Assembly (NCBI GenBank): GCA_035629175.1
Contig: DASPIL010000073.1
Coordinates: 3,575-67,574, forward strand
DNA: 64,000 nucleotides
Reading direction: 5' to 3'
Source of the DNA: Verrucomicrobiia bacterium
GTDB lineage: Bacteria; Verrucomicrobiota; Verrucomicrobiia; Limisphaerales; DASXHY01
Part shown: piece by piece, positions 40,686 to 51,041 of the stretch
How positions within the stretch are numbered: the first letter of the stretch is position 1
How the letters are laid out: every line of letters begins with the position of its first letter
Translations under genes and position numbers: made by a program
Notes under the pieces: model-generated
What the model saw: the letters and a program-made list of their open reading frames with translations, nothing else
Told to the model about the DNA's origin: nothing
Databases searched by the model: none

Positions 40686-41423
40686 CATTCTGCGGCACCC
40701 GCGTTGAATGAACAGGGTATCAAGGCCGCATGCCACGAACCGGAATCCCTGGTCAAGGCACTGTTTCAGGTCGTCGGGATCGGTTGAGACCACATGGATT
40801 CCCGGCGCGACGCCATGCCGAACGCACGCAGCCAATACCTTCTGTTGCGCCGCCAGGACATCCGCATGCTCCAACTGGCCAGCCAAACCCATCGAGGCCG
40901 ACAAATCGTACGGCCCGATAAAGGCCGCATCCACTCCTGGCGTGGACAGAATCGCATCAGCCTGCGCTACTCCCACATGATTCTCGAGCATCACCACCAC
41001 GATCACTTTTCGGTTGTGTTGCTCAAAATAGTCTTTGAAGTTGCGTCCAAAATCCGTGGCTCGGCACAACGATGCCCCGCGAATGCCTTCCGGCGGAAAT
41101 CGCGCGATTGCCGCCGCCTGTGCTGCCTGCGCCGGTGTGTTCACCGCCGGCACGATGATTCCATCAGCTCCAATATCGAGCACCAGCTTGGCTTGGACCG
41201 CGTCGCACGAATGCAGCCGCACCAGCAGATCGCACTCACTGCCTTTCAGGGCCATCGCAATCGCCTGGAGATCGTGCAGACTTGTGCTGGTGTGTTCCAG
41301 GTCAACCGCGATCCAGTCGAAACCTTCACCCGCCATGATCTCCGCCACAGACGGATGCCCGATCATGATCCAGCCTCCCAATGCGGTATTTCCCAGCGCC
41401 AACTTTCGTTTCGTTTGTCCCAT
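40686..41423 (-). repeat. Inverted-duplication arm 2 (738 bp)
   Basis: Reverse complement of 19278-20015, with 49 mismatches by manual alignment. Confidence 0.85.
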
Positions 41424-41692
41424 GGTGTCAGGAGTGTGGAATGGTGAAAGGGCCTACGATCTCGGTTGCGACCACCATCTTGAGTTCAAGCCGTCCGGCA
41501 CGAGCCAATTCGTAAAACGTGAGTGGAAGATTGACGGTATGACGGGACTCAACACGGGAATCAGCCGGGGCATTTCGGGCTGTTCACGACAATCGAGCAA
41601 ATCCCGGATGGAAACGGGAAAGGCCGATTCGGTCCAGCATGAGCAGATCATCCGGGACTGTTCCGCTGCAACCGTTGTTGAACGAAAACTGC

Positions 41693-43876
41693 TCACTTGA
41701 TCCAGATCGAATTCATTTCTGTTGCCCGGAGTGCAGTCACTTTTACGTCTGCCCCGCCACGAATCGTCAATCCCTTGTCCTTTGAGAAGATGTTGCCGGC
41801 GAACGCCATGGCGACTTCTCCATCATTCGCGAAAAGCTCCAGCACGCCTCGATCGATCAGAAGACGAAGACGCAAGACACCCCCCACAGGCCTGACGACC
41901 GCTTTTGTATCCTTGCAGGAAAGCTCGCCGGTTTCCGCGTCATAGCGGATGTCCATGCCGTGAACGGAGAGAGTGAACGGCTGGGACGGGTCCGTTGTGG
42001 CAGCGAGCTCGCAGTCGAGCAATTCCGGGTTTACTTTTTTCAGGAGCTCGTTGGCGGCCGCGATACTCAAATCCTTACCCGACTGCGACTTCCGTGAACG
42101 CAATTTCTCCAGCTCGCGGGCGGGTGAGAAGGTCATGCGAATGCCATGATCCGTCCGCCGCAATTTGAGTTCGAGCGGCACGGTCATCCCTTGTGAGAAA
42201 GGCATTCCGGGATAGTTTGCTCCGTTGAGCCAGCCGAGCATGACCCGCCGTTGTCCGGGCATTTCCTTGAAGCTTTGGCCGGCGTAGAACTGCGGACCCA
42301 GATGTCCCTCGATGATTTCCGTTTCGGGAGTGAACTTCGAGCCATTGAAGGAACCGATCATGTAAGAAGATTTGGAAGCGTAGCGATTGGTGGCCTCCTT
42401 TTTGGAACCGTAGAGGACCCATTTTCGGCTTGTCTCGCCTTCCACCGGCAGTTCGAAAAAGTCAGGGCAATCTTGGAAACCCTCGATCAGGTCGAGTTTG
42501 TGCCAGTTGGTGAGATTGGTGGATTCGTAAAACGCGTAGCCGAAAGAGGGCAGTTTGCGTTCGAACACAAGCATCAACCATTTGTTTTCCGGCTCGTAAC
42601 GCATGACGTTGGGATCCCAGCCGCTGTGTTTGAGAACCGGATTTTGTGGAATATCGATGAGCGAGAGTGCACGACCGGTCCCATAAGCAATGCATTCGCC
42701 CCGGCCGATTCCAGTGTACGAGGCGATCAACACGTCCTCCTTGCCTTTGCCAAAACCCAAAGTGTTGCCGTAATCAACCAGTGCGCCGCCGGAATACGCG
42801 CCACCGGCGATTCCGTGCGGATAGAGCGCCGGCGGCAGTTCCGTCCACCGCAGCAGATCGCGGCTTACCGCGTGACCCCAGTGCATGTTGTTCCAGTCAA
42901 TGCCGTACGGATTGTTCTGATAGAACATGTGATACTCGCCGTTGAAGAAGACGAGACCGTTCGGGTCGTTGTTGAAACCGCGGCGGACGGTGAAATGAAA
43001 CTGGGGACGATTGGCTTCGCGATAAACATCGTTCGCTTCGATCGGGACGTCGCTTTGTCGCAAAAGGGTGGAGAACGGATCGGCGAATTCGGCGGGCAAC
43101 TTGTCGCTCGTTCGAATCGTCAGCGTTTTGCCCAGGTAATCGCGCATATCGGAGAATGCCCACCAATCCGGTGTCAATCCAGAAGCGAGCTCGATTTCAA
43201 ACTCGCGAACCATTTTTCCGTCCAGAATCATCTGCAACGGAACTTGGCGGGATTTGTTTTTAACCGGCAGCAACAGATAGCGCTTCTTGATGGTCAGATC
43301 GAAAGCAGGGCTTTTCAAAGGGGCATCCGTTTGAACGATGTCGTCGATCAAGATGTGCGCGGCGGAGTTAGTGGAGCGGTCAACAATTTCGAGCCGCGCG
43401 ATTTTCCCTTGGAACTCGGCAACGCTCCAGTCGTCATGTCGCAGGATTTGCGAACGTCCGATCTTGCTCTTAAGTCCAGTGGCGCTGCGTACGGTCTTGC
43501 CGTCGACGAGAAGGTTGAAGGAAGTCTGGTCGGGGAGTTCCGCGCCGCCGATCAGAAATCGAATGTAAGCTCTCTCCAGTTTGAATTCCGGCGATTGCAA
43601 GCACCCGGTCGCCGCGTCTTCCGCCGCGCCAGAGTTGGCCAGCCGTCTGCCACCGAAGGATTTTATCCCCTTTTGCCCAGAGACCGCTCCGGCAGTGGGT
43701 CCAGAACCGAAGGCGGTGCCTTCAACGGTCCATTCGCCAAAGGATTCGTTCTCAAAATCGGCGATCGGAAGATTGTTCGGTGCGCCAAAACAAATGCACG
43801 CTGAGCACAGGGCGAAAAGCCAAAAAGGGCGATGCATAAATAATAAGATCGTGCGGGTTATGGGGACGTTATTCAT
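41693..43876 (-). CDS. GH32 beta-fructofuranosidase/fructanase with N-terminal lectin-like domain
   Basis: [31 protein letters not shown] (WMNDPNG-type block). DCPDFFEL stands in the position of the ECP block. Signal peptide present. Confidence 0.85.
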   Translation of the reverse strand: MNNVPITRTILLFMHRPFWLFALCSACICFGAPNNLPIADFENESFGEWTVEGTAFGSGPTAGAVSGQKGIKSFGGRRLANSGAAEDAATGCLQSPEFKLERAYIRFLIGGAELPDQTSFNLLVDGKTVRSATGLKSKIGRSQILRHDDWSVAEFQGKIARLEIVDRSTNSAAHILIDDIVQTDAPLKSPAFDLTIKKRYLLLPVKNKSRQVPLQMILDGKMVREFEIELASGLTPDWWAFSDMRDYLGKTLTIRTSDKLPAEFADPFSTLLRQSDVPIEANDVYREANRPQFHFTVRRGFNNDPNGLVFFNGEYHMFYQNNPYGIDWNNMHWGHAVSRDLLRWTELPPALYPHGIAGGAYSGGALVDYGNTLGFGKGKEDVLIASYTGIGRGECIAYGTGRALSLIDIPQNPVLKHSGWDPNVMRYEPENKWLMLVFERKLPSFGYAFYESTNLTNWHKLDLIEGFQDCPDFFELPVEGETSRKWVLYGSKKEATNRYASKSSYMIGSFNGSKFTPETEIIEGHLGPQFYAGQSFKEMPGQRRVMLGWLNGANYPGMPFSQGMTVPLELKLRRTDHGIRMTFSPARELEKLRSRKSQSGKDLSIAAANELLKKVNPELLDCELAATTDPSQPFTLSVHGMDIRYDAETGELSCKDTKAVVRPVGGVLRLRLLIDRGVLELFANDGEVAMAFAGNIFSKDKGLTIRGGADVKVTALRATEMNSIWIK

Positions 43877-45173
43877 TTTGGAAAATGGGACGGCGTGGAT
43901 CGATCAATGCCCAACAGCCCACCCCAACAAGAAAGAGAAAACTCATGAGGTAGAGCGAAATATTCCAGTTCGCAAATTTTTGAACTGAGTAGGCGACAAT
44001 TAGCGGACAGAGCAGACTTCCCACCTGGCCAGCGGTGTTCATCGCCGCGCTCACCACACCCGCATTATCTCCCCCGACGTCGATGCACGTGCCCCAGGCG
44101 GCAGCGAGCGTGAACATCGTGGCTCCAACCGCAAGCGCAATGAGCACCGCGGCCATAACCGGCGTCGGCGCTATTGTTGCGAACAAAAGTGCAATCGCGG
44201 CAACCAGATACCCGGCCGATCCTACGAGACAACGGCCGGCGCGCAATCCGTAACGCGCCGTGAGCCGATCCGTAACCACGCCGCCCAGCAGATCGCCAAA
44301 AACACTGACGAGCAGAGGCAGACCCGCGAAAAATCCCAACGCACTGGCGTTGAAACCATGGCGTTCCTGGAGATACGTCGGAAGCCAAGTGATGCAGAAG
44401 TAAAAGACAAAGCTGTTGGGGAAATACATTAGGCAAAGCGCCAACGTGTTTCGATTTCGGAAAAGCCGTTTCCAGTAGACCCAGCCCAGTTCGTGCGGAG
44501 CGGTCGGCTGGCGTTCGGAGGTGATCAGTTGCAACTCTCCGGAGCTTACCTCGGAGTGCTCCGCGGGATCGTCCCTAAACCAGCGATACCAAACCACAGC
44601 CCAGATAAATCCCAGCAGGCCGAAAACGACGAACACCATTCGCCAAGGCATGAATACAAGCAATGCGGTCACCAGCAGGGGAGTCAATCCACCGCTCAAG
44701 TGCGCACCGGCAAAAAAAATTCCCTGGATGGTTCCGCGTTCCCGTCGTGGAATCCAGCGGGCGAATGAACGCGCTACGCCCGGCCAGGCTCCAGCCTCTC
44801 CAGCTCCGAACAGGAATCGTACGAGTAGCAGGGACGCATAATTAAATGCAGCTCCGGTTGCGATGGTGAATGCCGACCACCAGACCACAATCCGCGTCAA
44901 CATGGTGCGGGTGCCTTTGCGGTCAGCCCACCAGGCGCTCGGGATTTCGAATAGCGCGTAAGCCAGGGCGAACGAGCTGAACACGTAACCCATCTGAACC
45001 TTTGAGAGATTCAGGTCCGCCATGATTTCGGGCGCCATTCTCGAAATGGCCACGCGGTCCAGATAAGTGACGACGCCAAGAAGAATCGTCAAGCCGACTA
45101 CCTTGTAGCGAGTCCGGCTTTGTGGCAGGTCCGAGCTCTTCGACGGATCTGTTGAGTGACGCAGGCTCAACAC
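43869..45173 (-). CDS. MFS transporter, ACS type
   Basis: 434 aa, multi-TM, with [11 protein letters not shown] and [12 protein letters not shown] start; the gene overlaps the GH32 start by 8 nt. Confidence 0.8.
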   Translation of the reverse strand: MLSLRHSTDPSKSSDLPQSRTRYKVVGLTILLGVVTYLDRVAISRMAPEIMADLNLSKVQMGYVFSSFALAYALFEIPSAWWADRKGTRTMLTRIVVWWSAFTIATGAAFNYASLLLVRFLFGAGEAGAWPGVARSFARWIPRRERGTIQGIFFAGAHLSGGLTPLLVTALLVFMPWRMVFVVFGLLGFIWAVVWYRWFRDDPAEHSEVSSGELQLITSERQPTAPHELGWVYWKRLFRNRNTLALCLMYFPNSFVFYFCITWLPTYLQERHGFNASALGFFAGLPLLVSVFGDLLGGVVTDRLTARYGLRAGRCLVGSAGYLVAAIALLFATIAPTPVMAAVLIALAVGATMFTLAAAWGTCIDVGGDNAGVVSAAMNTAGQVGSLLCPLIVAYSVQKFANWNISLYLMSFLFLVGVGCWALIDPRRPIFQNE

Positions 45174-45235
45174 AGAGCGACGAAAGTTGACCGGAATTCA
45201 GTCCGAAACAAGTTCATGCAGGCAAAGCACATATC

Positions 45236-45245
45236 TGATATATCA
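45236..45245. promoter_or_regulatory. YGATATATCA box, copy c (TGATATATCA)
   Basis: Perfect palindrome 63 nt upstream of the GTG start of the 14-kb minus-strand gene train. It is preceded by ATATC. Confidence 0.5.
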
Positions 45246-45429
45246 AGTTGTAAGATTCCTGGATGCGGCTGCGCAAGGATAATTTCATTCGGCTTTTGCA
45301 GGTTGTGCAAAGATAACGAGTTTCACGGCGCAAGTTCTTCCTTCCAAAATCTCGAATCGCACGCAGCCTGTTCCAATCATCAGCAAGCCTCGACCGTAAG
45401 GAAAATTTCAGTTGTGCAGAAAACATATA

Positions 45430-45439
45430 CGATATATCA
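45430..45439 (+). promoter_or_regulatory. YGATATATCA box, copy d (CGATATATCA)
   Basis: Lies in the same 565-bp divergent intergenic region, 300 nt upstream of the GH29 ATG at 45739, and is preceded by CATATA. Confidence 0.45.
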
Positions 45440-45738
45440 AATGGGACATCCCTATGCATTCGGAATGCTGGACTTCGTCCGGCGCGGCGGTTCGGCCGTA
45501 GCATTGAATATGAGACATTCGGTTTCGTCAGACATGCGCCCGCGGCGCACGCTAGATCTTTTAATATGAAGTTGAATCAATGTTGCGCCTACTCCCCCGC
45601 GACCATGCACACCCGCGTTGATTGAACTTGCATCCTTTACCCCGATTTCGCGGAGAGTGCGAAGGATTGAAGTGAAGCCGGGAACCACTTTGAGCCTTGC
45701 GAAAGGCCGATTCCAAAAAATAAAGACCGATACGTTTT

Positions 45739-47286
45739 ATGATCGAATGCCAACGAAGTTTGATTCTTATGGCCCTGTTGACGATGAGCTGCGGGTTTGG
45801 TGTGGGAGCGGTGGATACGGCTCCGCTGCTCGGCCAAAAACGGATCAGCCAAGCCGAGGAAACGGGATTGCAGGAAAAATATTCCGGCTATCGCAGAGTC
45901 GATGATGATTATGTTCACGCGGGCGAAGCTGCCTTGGAGCGCTGGATGGATTGGAAATGGGGACTGCGAATCCATTGGGGTTTATACACTCTTTATGCTG
46001 GCGACAAACCTTGGAGCGGCGAATCGTGGATAATTCCCAAGTTCCATTCGGACGACAAGGAATGGCAGAAGAAATATTATACGTCGTATCAGGATTTCAA
46101 TCCGCAAGGGTTCGATGCGGACGAATGGATGCGGATCATGCAGCAGGGCGGCATGAAATATTTTTCTTTCACCACCAAGCATCACGATGGCTTCTGTCTG
46201 TGGCCGACGAAGACTCTGCAAAAAGGATTTCGCAGGCTGGCGGATGGTTCTTTCGAGGACGTCACGAATCATTTCAGCGTGGCGGAAACACCCTTCAAGC
46301 GGGACGTTGTAGGGGAGTTGGTTAAAGCCGGGCGCGCTCACGGACTCGGGGTGAGTCTTTATTATTCCCACATCGACTGGCACGACTGGGATTTTGCGTG
46401 GGATCATCGCAATTACTGGTACGACACGAATTTCACCAAGGTTTCAGATCCCGCACGCTGGGCCGCCTTCATCCAGAAGGAGCGTGATCAGGTTACTGAG
46501 CTCCTGACATGGTATGGTCCGATCGACACGCTGTGCTTTGACATCAGTTGGGGCGAGGCAAAGGAGAAGGCGTTCAGCATTGCCAAGCTTTCCCGTGATC
46601 TTCAACCGAACACACTGCTGCGCAATCGTGGCACTGAAATGTATGGCGATTACAGCACACCAGAGGGGGAGATTCCGGCCGACCCCAACGAAATGAAAAT
46701 GCCGTGGCAGGTGATTTATCCGTGCGGGAGCGGCGCCTCGTACCGCCTGAATGATAATTACAAGCCCAAGGAATGGGTTTTGGAGAGCCTGATCGATATT
46801 GTGGCCAAGGGTGGGAATTTCCAGGTCGGCTTTGGTCCCGACGCCAATGGCAGGTGGCCCCAGCAAATGATTGACCGTTTGAACTACGTCGGAGACTGGC
46901 TCGAGGTGAATGGTGAAAGCATCTTTGCCACGCGTCCTTACCTTCGTTATCACGAAGGCAGCGATTTGAGGTTCACGCGGACGAAGGACAAAAAATTCGT
47001 GTACATTCTTAGCTTGGTCTGGCCGGGGGAAAAACTGAAATCGCGGATGGTCAAAGCCAAAGCCGGCACGGCGATTCGCCTGCTTGGTTATGACCAAGAC
47101 TTGGTTTGGCGGCAGCAGGACGACACGCTTATCATAGATATCCCGAAGAAGCTGCAGTCCGAATCAAATCGTCCCGCACAACAGGCATACGCCTTCAAGG
47201 TTGAATCTAAAGCCTGGGATGAATTCGCCGAAAGCTTGCCGGTTGAACCTCCACTGCCGTCGAAGGATAAGAAATCTTCACCGTAG
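45739..47286 (+). CDS. Alpha-L-fucosidase, GH29
   Basis: GLRIHWGLYTL and FTTKHHDGFCLWPT. Signal-like N-terminus. Paralog of 34097-35632. Confidence 0.85.
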   Translation: MIECQRSLILMALLTMSCGFGVGAVDTAPLLGQKRISQAEETGLQEKYSGYRRVDDDYVHAGEAALERWMDWKWGLRIHWGLYTLYAGDKPWSGESWIIPKFHSDDKEWQKKYYTSYQDFNPQGFDADEWMRIMQQGGMKYFSFTTKHHDGFCLWPTKTLQKGFRRLADGSFEDVTNHFSVAETPFKRDVVGELVKAGRAHGLGVSLYYSHIDWHDWDFAWDHRNYWYDTNFTKVSDPARWAAFIQKERDQVTELLTWYGPIDTLCFDISWGEAKEKAFSIAKLSRDLQPNTLLRNRGTEMYGDYSTPEGEIPADPNEMKMPWQVIYPCGSGASYRLNDNYKPKEWVLESLIDIVAKGGNFQVGFGPDANGRWPQQMIDRLNYVGDWLEVNGESIFATRPYLRYHEGSDLRFTRTKDKKFVYILSLVWPGEKLKSRMVKAKAGTAIRLLGYDQDLVWRQQDDTLIIDIPKKLQSESNRPAQQAYAFKVESKAWDEFAESLPVEPPLPSKDKKSSP

Positions 47287-47390
47287 TGACTGGCTGGCTT
47301 CCATGGAGCTCTGCTGTGAAATTGACATCCGCCAAACGCGGTTGCCGTTGCCGCATTTAAAAGAGCGGGCGTATCGCCGTAACTTTTGGC

Positions 47391-47430
47391 TTGGCATGCT
47401 CGTCCTGCTTTGTAAATATCCGATATATCA
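47391..47430 (+). promoter_or_regulatory. Sigma-70-like promoter TTGGCA-N16-TAAATA followed by YGATATATCA box, copy e
   Basis: TTGGCA at 47391-47396, TAAATA at 47413-47418 and CGATATATCA at 47421-47430. The box ends 33 nt upstream of the ATG at 47463. Confidence 0.5.
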
Positions 47431-47462
47431 AGAATCCATTGAAACTCCCTTCTGATAAATTC

Positions 47463-49274
47463 ATGCGAAACGGAATGTTAAATACCATCGGACTTGAAGC
47501 CAAAGTGCGAGATCGTGATGCTGGTTCACGGCTCGTTGGCAATCTGAAACTGCGGCTGCTGGCGCTCGTATCTGTGGGAATCCTCACCGGGACTGTCCCG
47601 GCAGCCGAGCCGCGCGTGGGCGAGGTTCTATACAATGGGATTCAATTACCCGAACAATGGCCGCCGACCACACCCATACCGGGCCGAAAGGTTCGGCCGG
47701 TGCCTTACCTGTCAAATCGCCCCGCAGTTGTGCCAATTGATGTCGGGCGCCAGTTGTTTGTGGACGATTTTTTGATTGAGAGCAGTACCCTCAAGCGCGA
47801 ATGGCATTATCCAGAACGCTATGAAGGGAATCCGATTCTCAAGGCTGAAACTCCAACTGAGTTGAATAACGGAAAGTTGCCTTTGGCTGCGATGATCAGT
47901 GACGGCGTCTGTTACGATCCCGAAGCGCGCGAATTCAAGATGTGGTACCAGGCGGGATGGCGCGATGGCACCATGATTGCCACCAGCAAGGATGGATTGA
48001 AGTGGACACGTCCCGAAACAGATATTGAACCTGGTAACAATCGTGTGCTGCCTTCGAGAGGCCGGTTGGTGCGTCACGGCACCAGCATCGTTCGCGATCC
48101 TTATACCAAGGACCCATCCCAGCGCTTCAAATTAACAGTCTTCGAAAACCACATTCGAAAGACGTCGGCTTATGCGTCGGGGGATGGTATCCACTGGGAC
48201 TTCAAAGGACATCTGCCGGAATGCGGTGACAACACCACATTTTTTTATAATCCATTTCGCAAGAAATGGGTGTTCAGTGTTCGATTGTATCGCGATGGCC
48301 GCTCCCGCAACTATGTTGAGTGCGACGACTTTTTTACTGGCATGAATTGGGATAAGGAAAAGGAATCCCCCTGGGCGCATCCCGATGTTCTCGATCTGCC
48401 TGATCCCCTGGTGGCATCCTACCGACCCACACCTGAAATGATCGCGGCGGAGGCGGTCTCCTCGAATCGCCCCGTCGCTGAGTTGACCGAGCACTATGCA
48501 AAGTTGTACGGCGACCCCGTGCATTTATACAATCTCGATGCGATGCCTTATGAAAGCATCATGATTGGTGTGTGGGGATTGCTGAAAGGCCCTATGACTT
48601 CCCGGGCTTGGAACAAGCATGATATTGGCAAGATCATTGATCTGTACGCCGCGTACAGCCGTGATGGATTTCATTGGGATCGACCGGATCGGACGCCCTT
48701 CCTGGCTTCGACCCGAAAGCCAGGTGATTGGGACCGGAGCTATCTGCATTCCGGCGTTGGCATCTGCACGGTCGTCGGCGATAAATTGTATTTCTACTAC
48801 AGCGGCTGGTCTGCGGAAGGAACGAATGGCGTCCCAGCCACCTACGCAGGCGGTGCAAATGGTGTGGCGTTCCTGCGCCGCGACGGTTTTGCGTCAATGA
48901 ACGCCGACACGAAAGAAGGAACGTTGACCACGCGCCCGGTGACATTCAAGGGTAAGCATATGTTTGTGAATGTGAATGCGCCCAAGGGTGAACTGAAGGT
49001 GGAGGTCCTCGATGAAGCAGGGAAAGTTATTGCGCCGTTCTCCGCCCGGAATTGCACTACTCTTAAGGGCGACCGGACCAAATTGCAGGTAGCTTGGAAA
49101 GGCGCGGATGATCTGTCCAGGCTCAGCGGTAAGAAGGTGCGCTTCCGTTTTACTCTGCAGCAGGGCGAACTGTATTCATTCTGGGTGACGCCCGATGCAA
49201 CCGGCGCGAGCCATGGCTACGTGGCTGCTGGCGGGCCTGATTTCCCGGGGCCGGTTGACACGGTTGGAAAATGA
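47463..49274 (+). CDS. Secreted beta-propeller glycoside-hydrolase-like protein, paralog of 24542-26380
   Basis: Same conserved blocks as the paralog. The track start at 47391 would place the promoter and box inside the gene, so the ATG at 47463 is preferred. Confidence 0.6.
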   Translation: MRNGMLNTIGLEAKVRDRDAGSRLVGNLKLRLLALVSVGILTGTVPAAEPRVGEVLYNGIQLPEQWPPTTPIPGRKVRPVPYLSNRPAVVPIDVGRQLFVDDFLIESSTLKREWHYPERYEGNPILKAETPTELNNGKLPLAAMISDGVCYDPEAREFKMWYQAGWRDGTMIATSKDGLKWTRPETDIEPGNNRVLPSRGRLVRHGTSIVRDPYTKDPSQRFKLTVFENHIRKTSAYASGDGIHWDFKGHLPECGDNTTFFYNPFRKKWVFSVRLYRDGRSRNYVECDDFFTGMNWDKEKESPWAHPDVLDLPDPLVASYRPTPEMIAAEAVSSNRPVAELTEHYAKLYGDPVHLYNLDAMPYESIMIGVWGLLKGPMTSRAWNKHDIGKIIDLYAAYSRDGFHWDRPDRTPFLASTRKPGDWDRSYLHSGVGICTVVGDKLYFYYSGWSAEGTNGVPATYAGGANGVAFLRRDGFASMNADTKEGTLTTRPVTFKGKHMFVNVNAPKGELKVEVLDEAGKVIAPFSARNCTTLKGDRTKLQVAWKGADDLSRLSGKKVRFRFTLQQGELYSFWVTPDATGASHGYVAAGGPDFPGPVDTVGK

Positions 49275-49298
49275 TTCACCAACGTTGAGCATTGCACG

Positions 49299-49325
49299 CT
49301 CCGCAGAGGGGGCTCTTCTGCGGAG
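49299..49325 (+). terminator. 9-bp stem hairpin downstream of stop (weak terminator candidate)
   Basis: ctccgcaga ... tctgcggag with a 9-nt loop and no U-tract. Confidence 0.25.
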
Positions 49326-49458
49326 CTGCCCGAACCGTTGAAAAGGCCGCGATGCCGGGTGTTCGTCGAAACCGGAGCAGGTCGGCACGTAACTTCCAGA
49401 TGGCGGCAATGTTTTCTGCAGCAGATTTGAAAAGTTGAAGCAAACAACCAGCTAATTT

Positions 49459-50994
49459 ATGAAGACATTCTGTGCATCGGCGATGGTTCTGACGGCATAC
49501 CTTGCGATATCTTCTCTCGTTTCGGGACAAACTGCGGTCGCGCCAAAGGTGGAAAAGAACGCTCCCCATCCATCGTTTGATATCTCTCCGGAAGAGGCCG
49601 CCGCGAATCAGCATTATAATCAACCGCTGCGGCCGCAATTTCATTACACCCCCATTCAGGGATTCGTGGGCGATGCCACGGGGCTTATTTATGACAACGG
49701 CACGTACCATCTGTTCTACATGTCGGACAAGTGGGAGCGGCGGAAGAATCGCAACAAACGGTGGGGTTACGCCACCAGCTCGGACTTGTTGCATTGGAGT
49801 GAGAAGCCTTCCGTTCTCGATCCGATCCACGACAACAAACCTGGCAGCGGCAGCGGCATTGTGGATTGGGACAACACTCTGGGACTGCAAACCGGCAGGC
49901 AAAAAACGCTGGTGGTTTATTACACTGATTACAAGACCGGAAGCTGTATTCTGTACAGCACCAATGGCGGTGTGACATGGACACGACATCCGCAGAATCC
50001 AGTATTGCCGCGCATCGCGAGCAACGATCGAGATCCGACAGTCTTCTGGCATCCACAAACAAAGCAATGGCGGATGATCCGGCACGAAGAACCCTTCAAC
50101 GGCGACGGCAAGACCGGCTTTGTGTTCTTCGGATCGACCAACCTTCTTGATTGGACCTTTCTCAGCCGAATCGGTGATTTCAATGAATGCGCTGATTTTT
50201 TCGAACTGCCTGTCCGGGGTGGTCGGCGGGGGGAGAAAAAGTGGGTGCTGATGGACGCTGGCTACAATTACAAGCTCGGGTCCTTTGACGGCACCGAGTT
50301 CAAGCCCGAGTCTGAAAAGCTGCGGGCTGATTATGGCGCCGCCAAGTTCGCCTATGCGCCTCAAACCTGGAAGAAAACACGGGATGGCAAAACCCCGCCG
50401 ATTCAAATGGGTTTTCTTCATTATCCAAAAGGGGCGGATCTCATGCCTATGCGGCTTGTCTGGCACGGACAGATGACCTTTCCATGCGAGATCACGCTTA
50501 AACAGTTTGCTGAAGGTCCGCGGATCTGCCGGGAACCGATCAAGGCGATTGAGAAGCTTTATGGGGAGAAAAGGTCCTGGCGCAACCTGATGCTTAAACC
50601 CGGTGAGAATCCCCTGGCGGATTTGACTGGGGACACGTTGGATATTCGCATGGAGATCGAACTGGACGAAGCCGCCGAGATTATTTTTAACGTGCGTGGT
50701 GAATTGATCCGATACTCAAGGGCTCGCCATCTTTTGGAAATTGGAACCTCCAAGATTCCGCTTCGGCTCGCTGGAAAAACTCTTCGTTTGCGGGTTCTGC
50801 TGGACCGTGCCTCTATTGAAGTGTTTGCAGATGAGAATCAGGTCTCATTTTCAAAAGCTGTCTTCTTTGATGCAGCACAAAGAGATTTCAGTCTGTCCGC
50901 TGAAAAGGGCGGGGCTCAGTTGAAATCTCTTACCGCCCATCAAATCAAGTCCATTTGGGACGAGAATGCTAAGGTCGCTTCCGCGAAGCGCTGA
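49459..50994 (+). CDS. GH32 family glycoside hydrolase (divergent)
   Basis: RPQFHYTPIQGFVGDATGLIYDNGTYHLFY, NDRDPTVFW (RDP block) and FNECADFFEL (EC block). Signal peptide present. Confidence 0.8.
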   Translation: MKTFCASAMVLTAYLAISSLVSGQTAVAPKVEKNAPHPSFDISPEEAAANQHYNQPLRPQFHYTPIQGFVGDATGLIYDNGTYHLFYMSDKWERRKNRNKRWGYATSSDLLHWSEKPSVLDPIHDNKPGSGSGIVDWDNTLGLQTGRQKTLVVYYTDYKTGSCILYSTNGGVTWTRHPQNPVLPRIASNDRDPTVFWHPQTKQWRMIRHEEPFNGDGKTGFVFFGSTNLLDWTFLSRIGDFNECADFFELPVRGGRRGEKKWVLMDAGYNYKLGSFDGTEFKPESEKLRADYGAAKFAYAPQTWKKTRDGKTPPIQMGFLHYPKGADLMPMRLVWHGQMTFPCEITLKQFAEGPRICREPIKAIEKLYGEKRSWRNLMLKPGENPLADLTGDTLDIRMEIELDEAAEIIFNVRGELIRYSRARHLLEIGTSKIPLRLAGKTLRLRVLLDRASIEVFADENQVSFSKAVFFDAAQRDFSLSAEKGGAQLKSLTAHQIKSIWDENAKVASAKR

Positions 50995-51041
50995 AATACA
51001 GGCCAGCGAATGCTGGTTTAAGAACCCGTCAAAATCCGCCC

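Noticed and set aside
42251-43804. Very long antisense ORFs: 517 aa here, also 49276-50466 (396 aa), 21506-22558 (350 aa), 32459-33466 (335 aa), 15684-16634 (316 aa), 23536-24288 (250 aa), 14496-15227 (243 aa) and 5145-5858 (237 aa).
   Set aside because: Each lies opposite a gene with clear family motifs (GH32, BNR, AKR, aldolase/kinase, MFS, CopA). Their translations are Arg/Gly/Pro-rich and low in complexity, with no motifs. These are typical shadow ORFs of a GC-rich, codon-biased genome.
47341-47351. The 11-mer GTTGCCGTTGC occurs downstream of two operon-terminal stops (47341-47351 and 63878-63888).
   Set aside because: Many repeated 11-mers are expected by chance in 2 x 64 kb. There is no flanking similarity and no associated structure.
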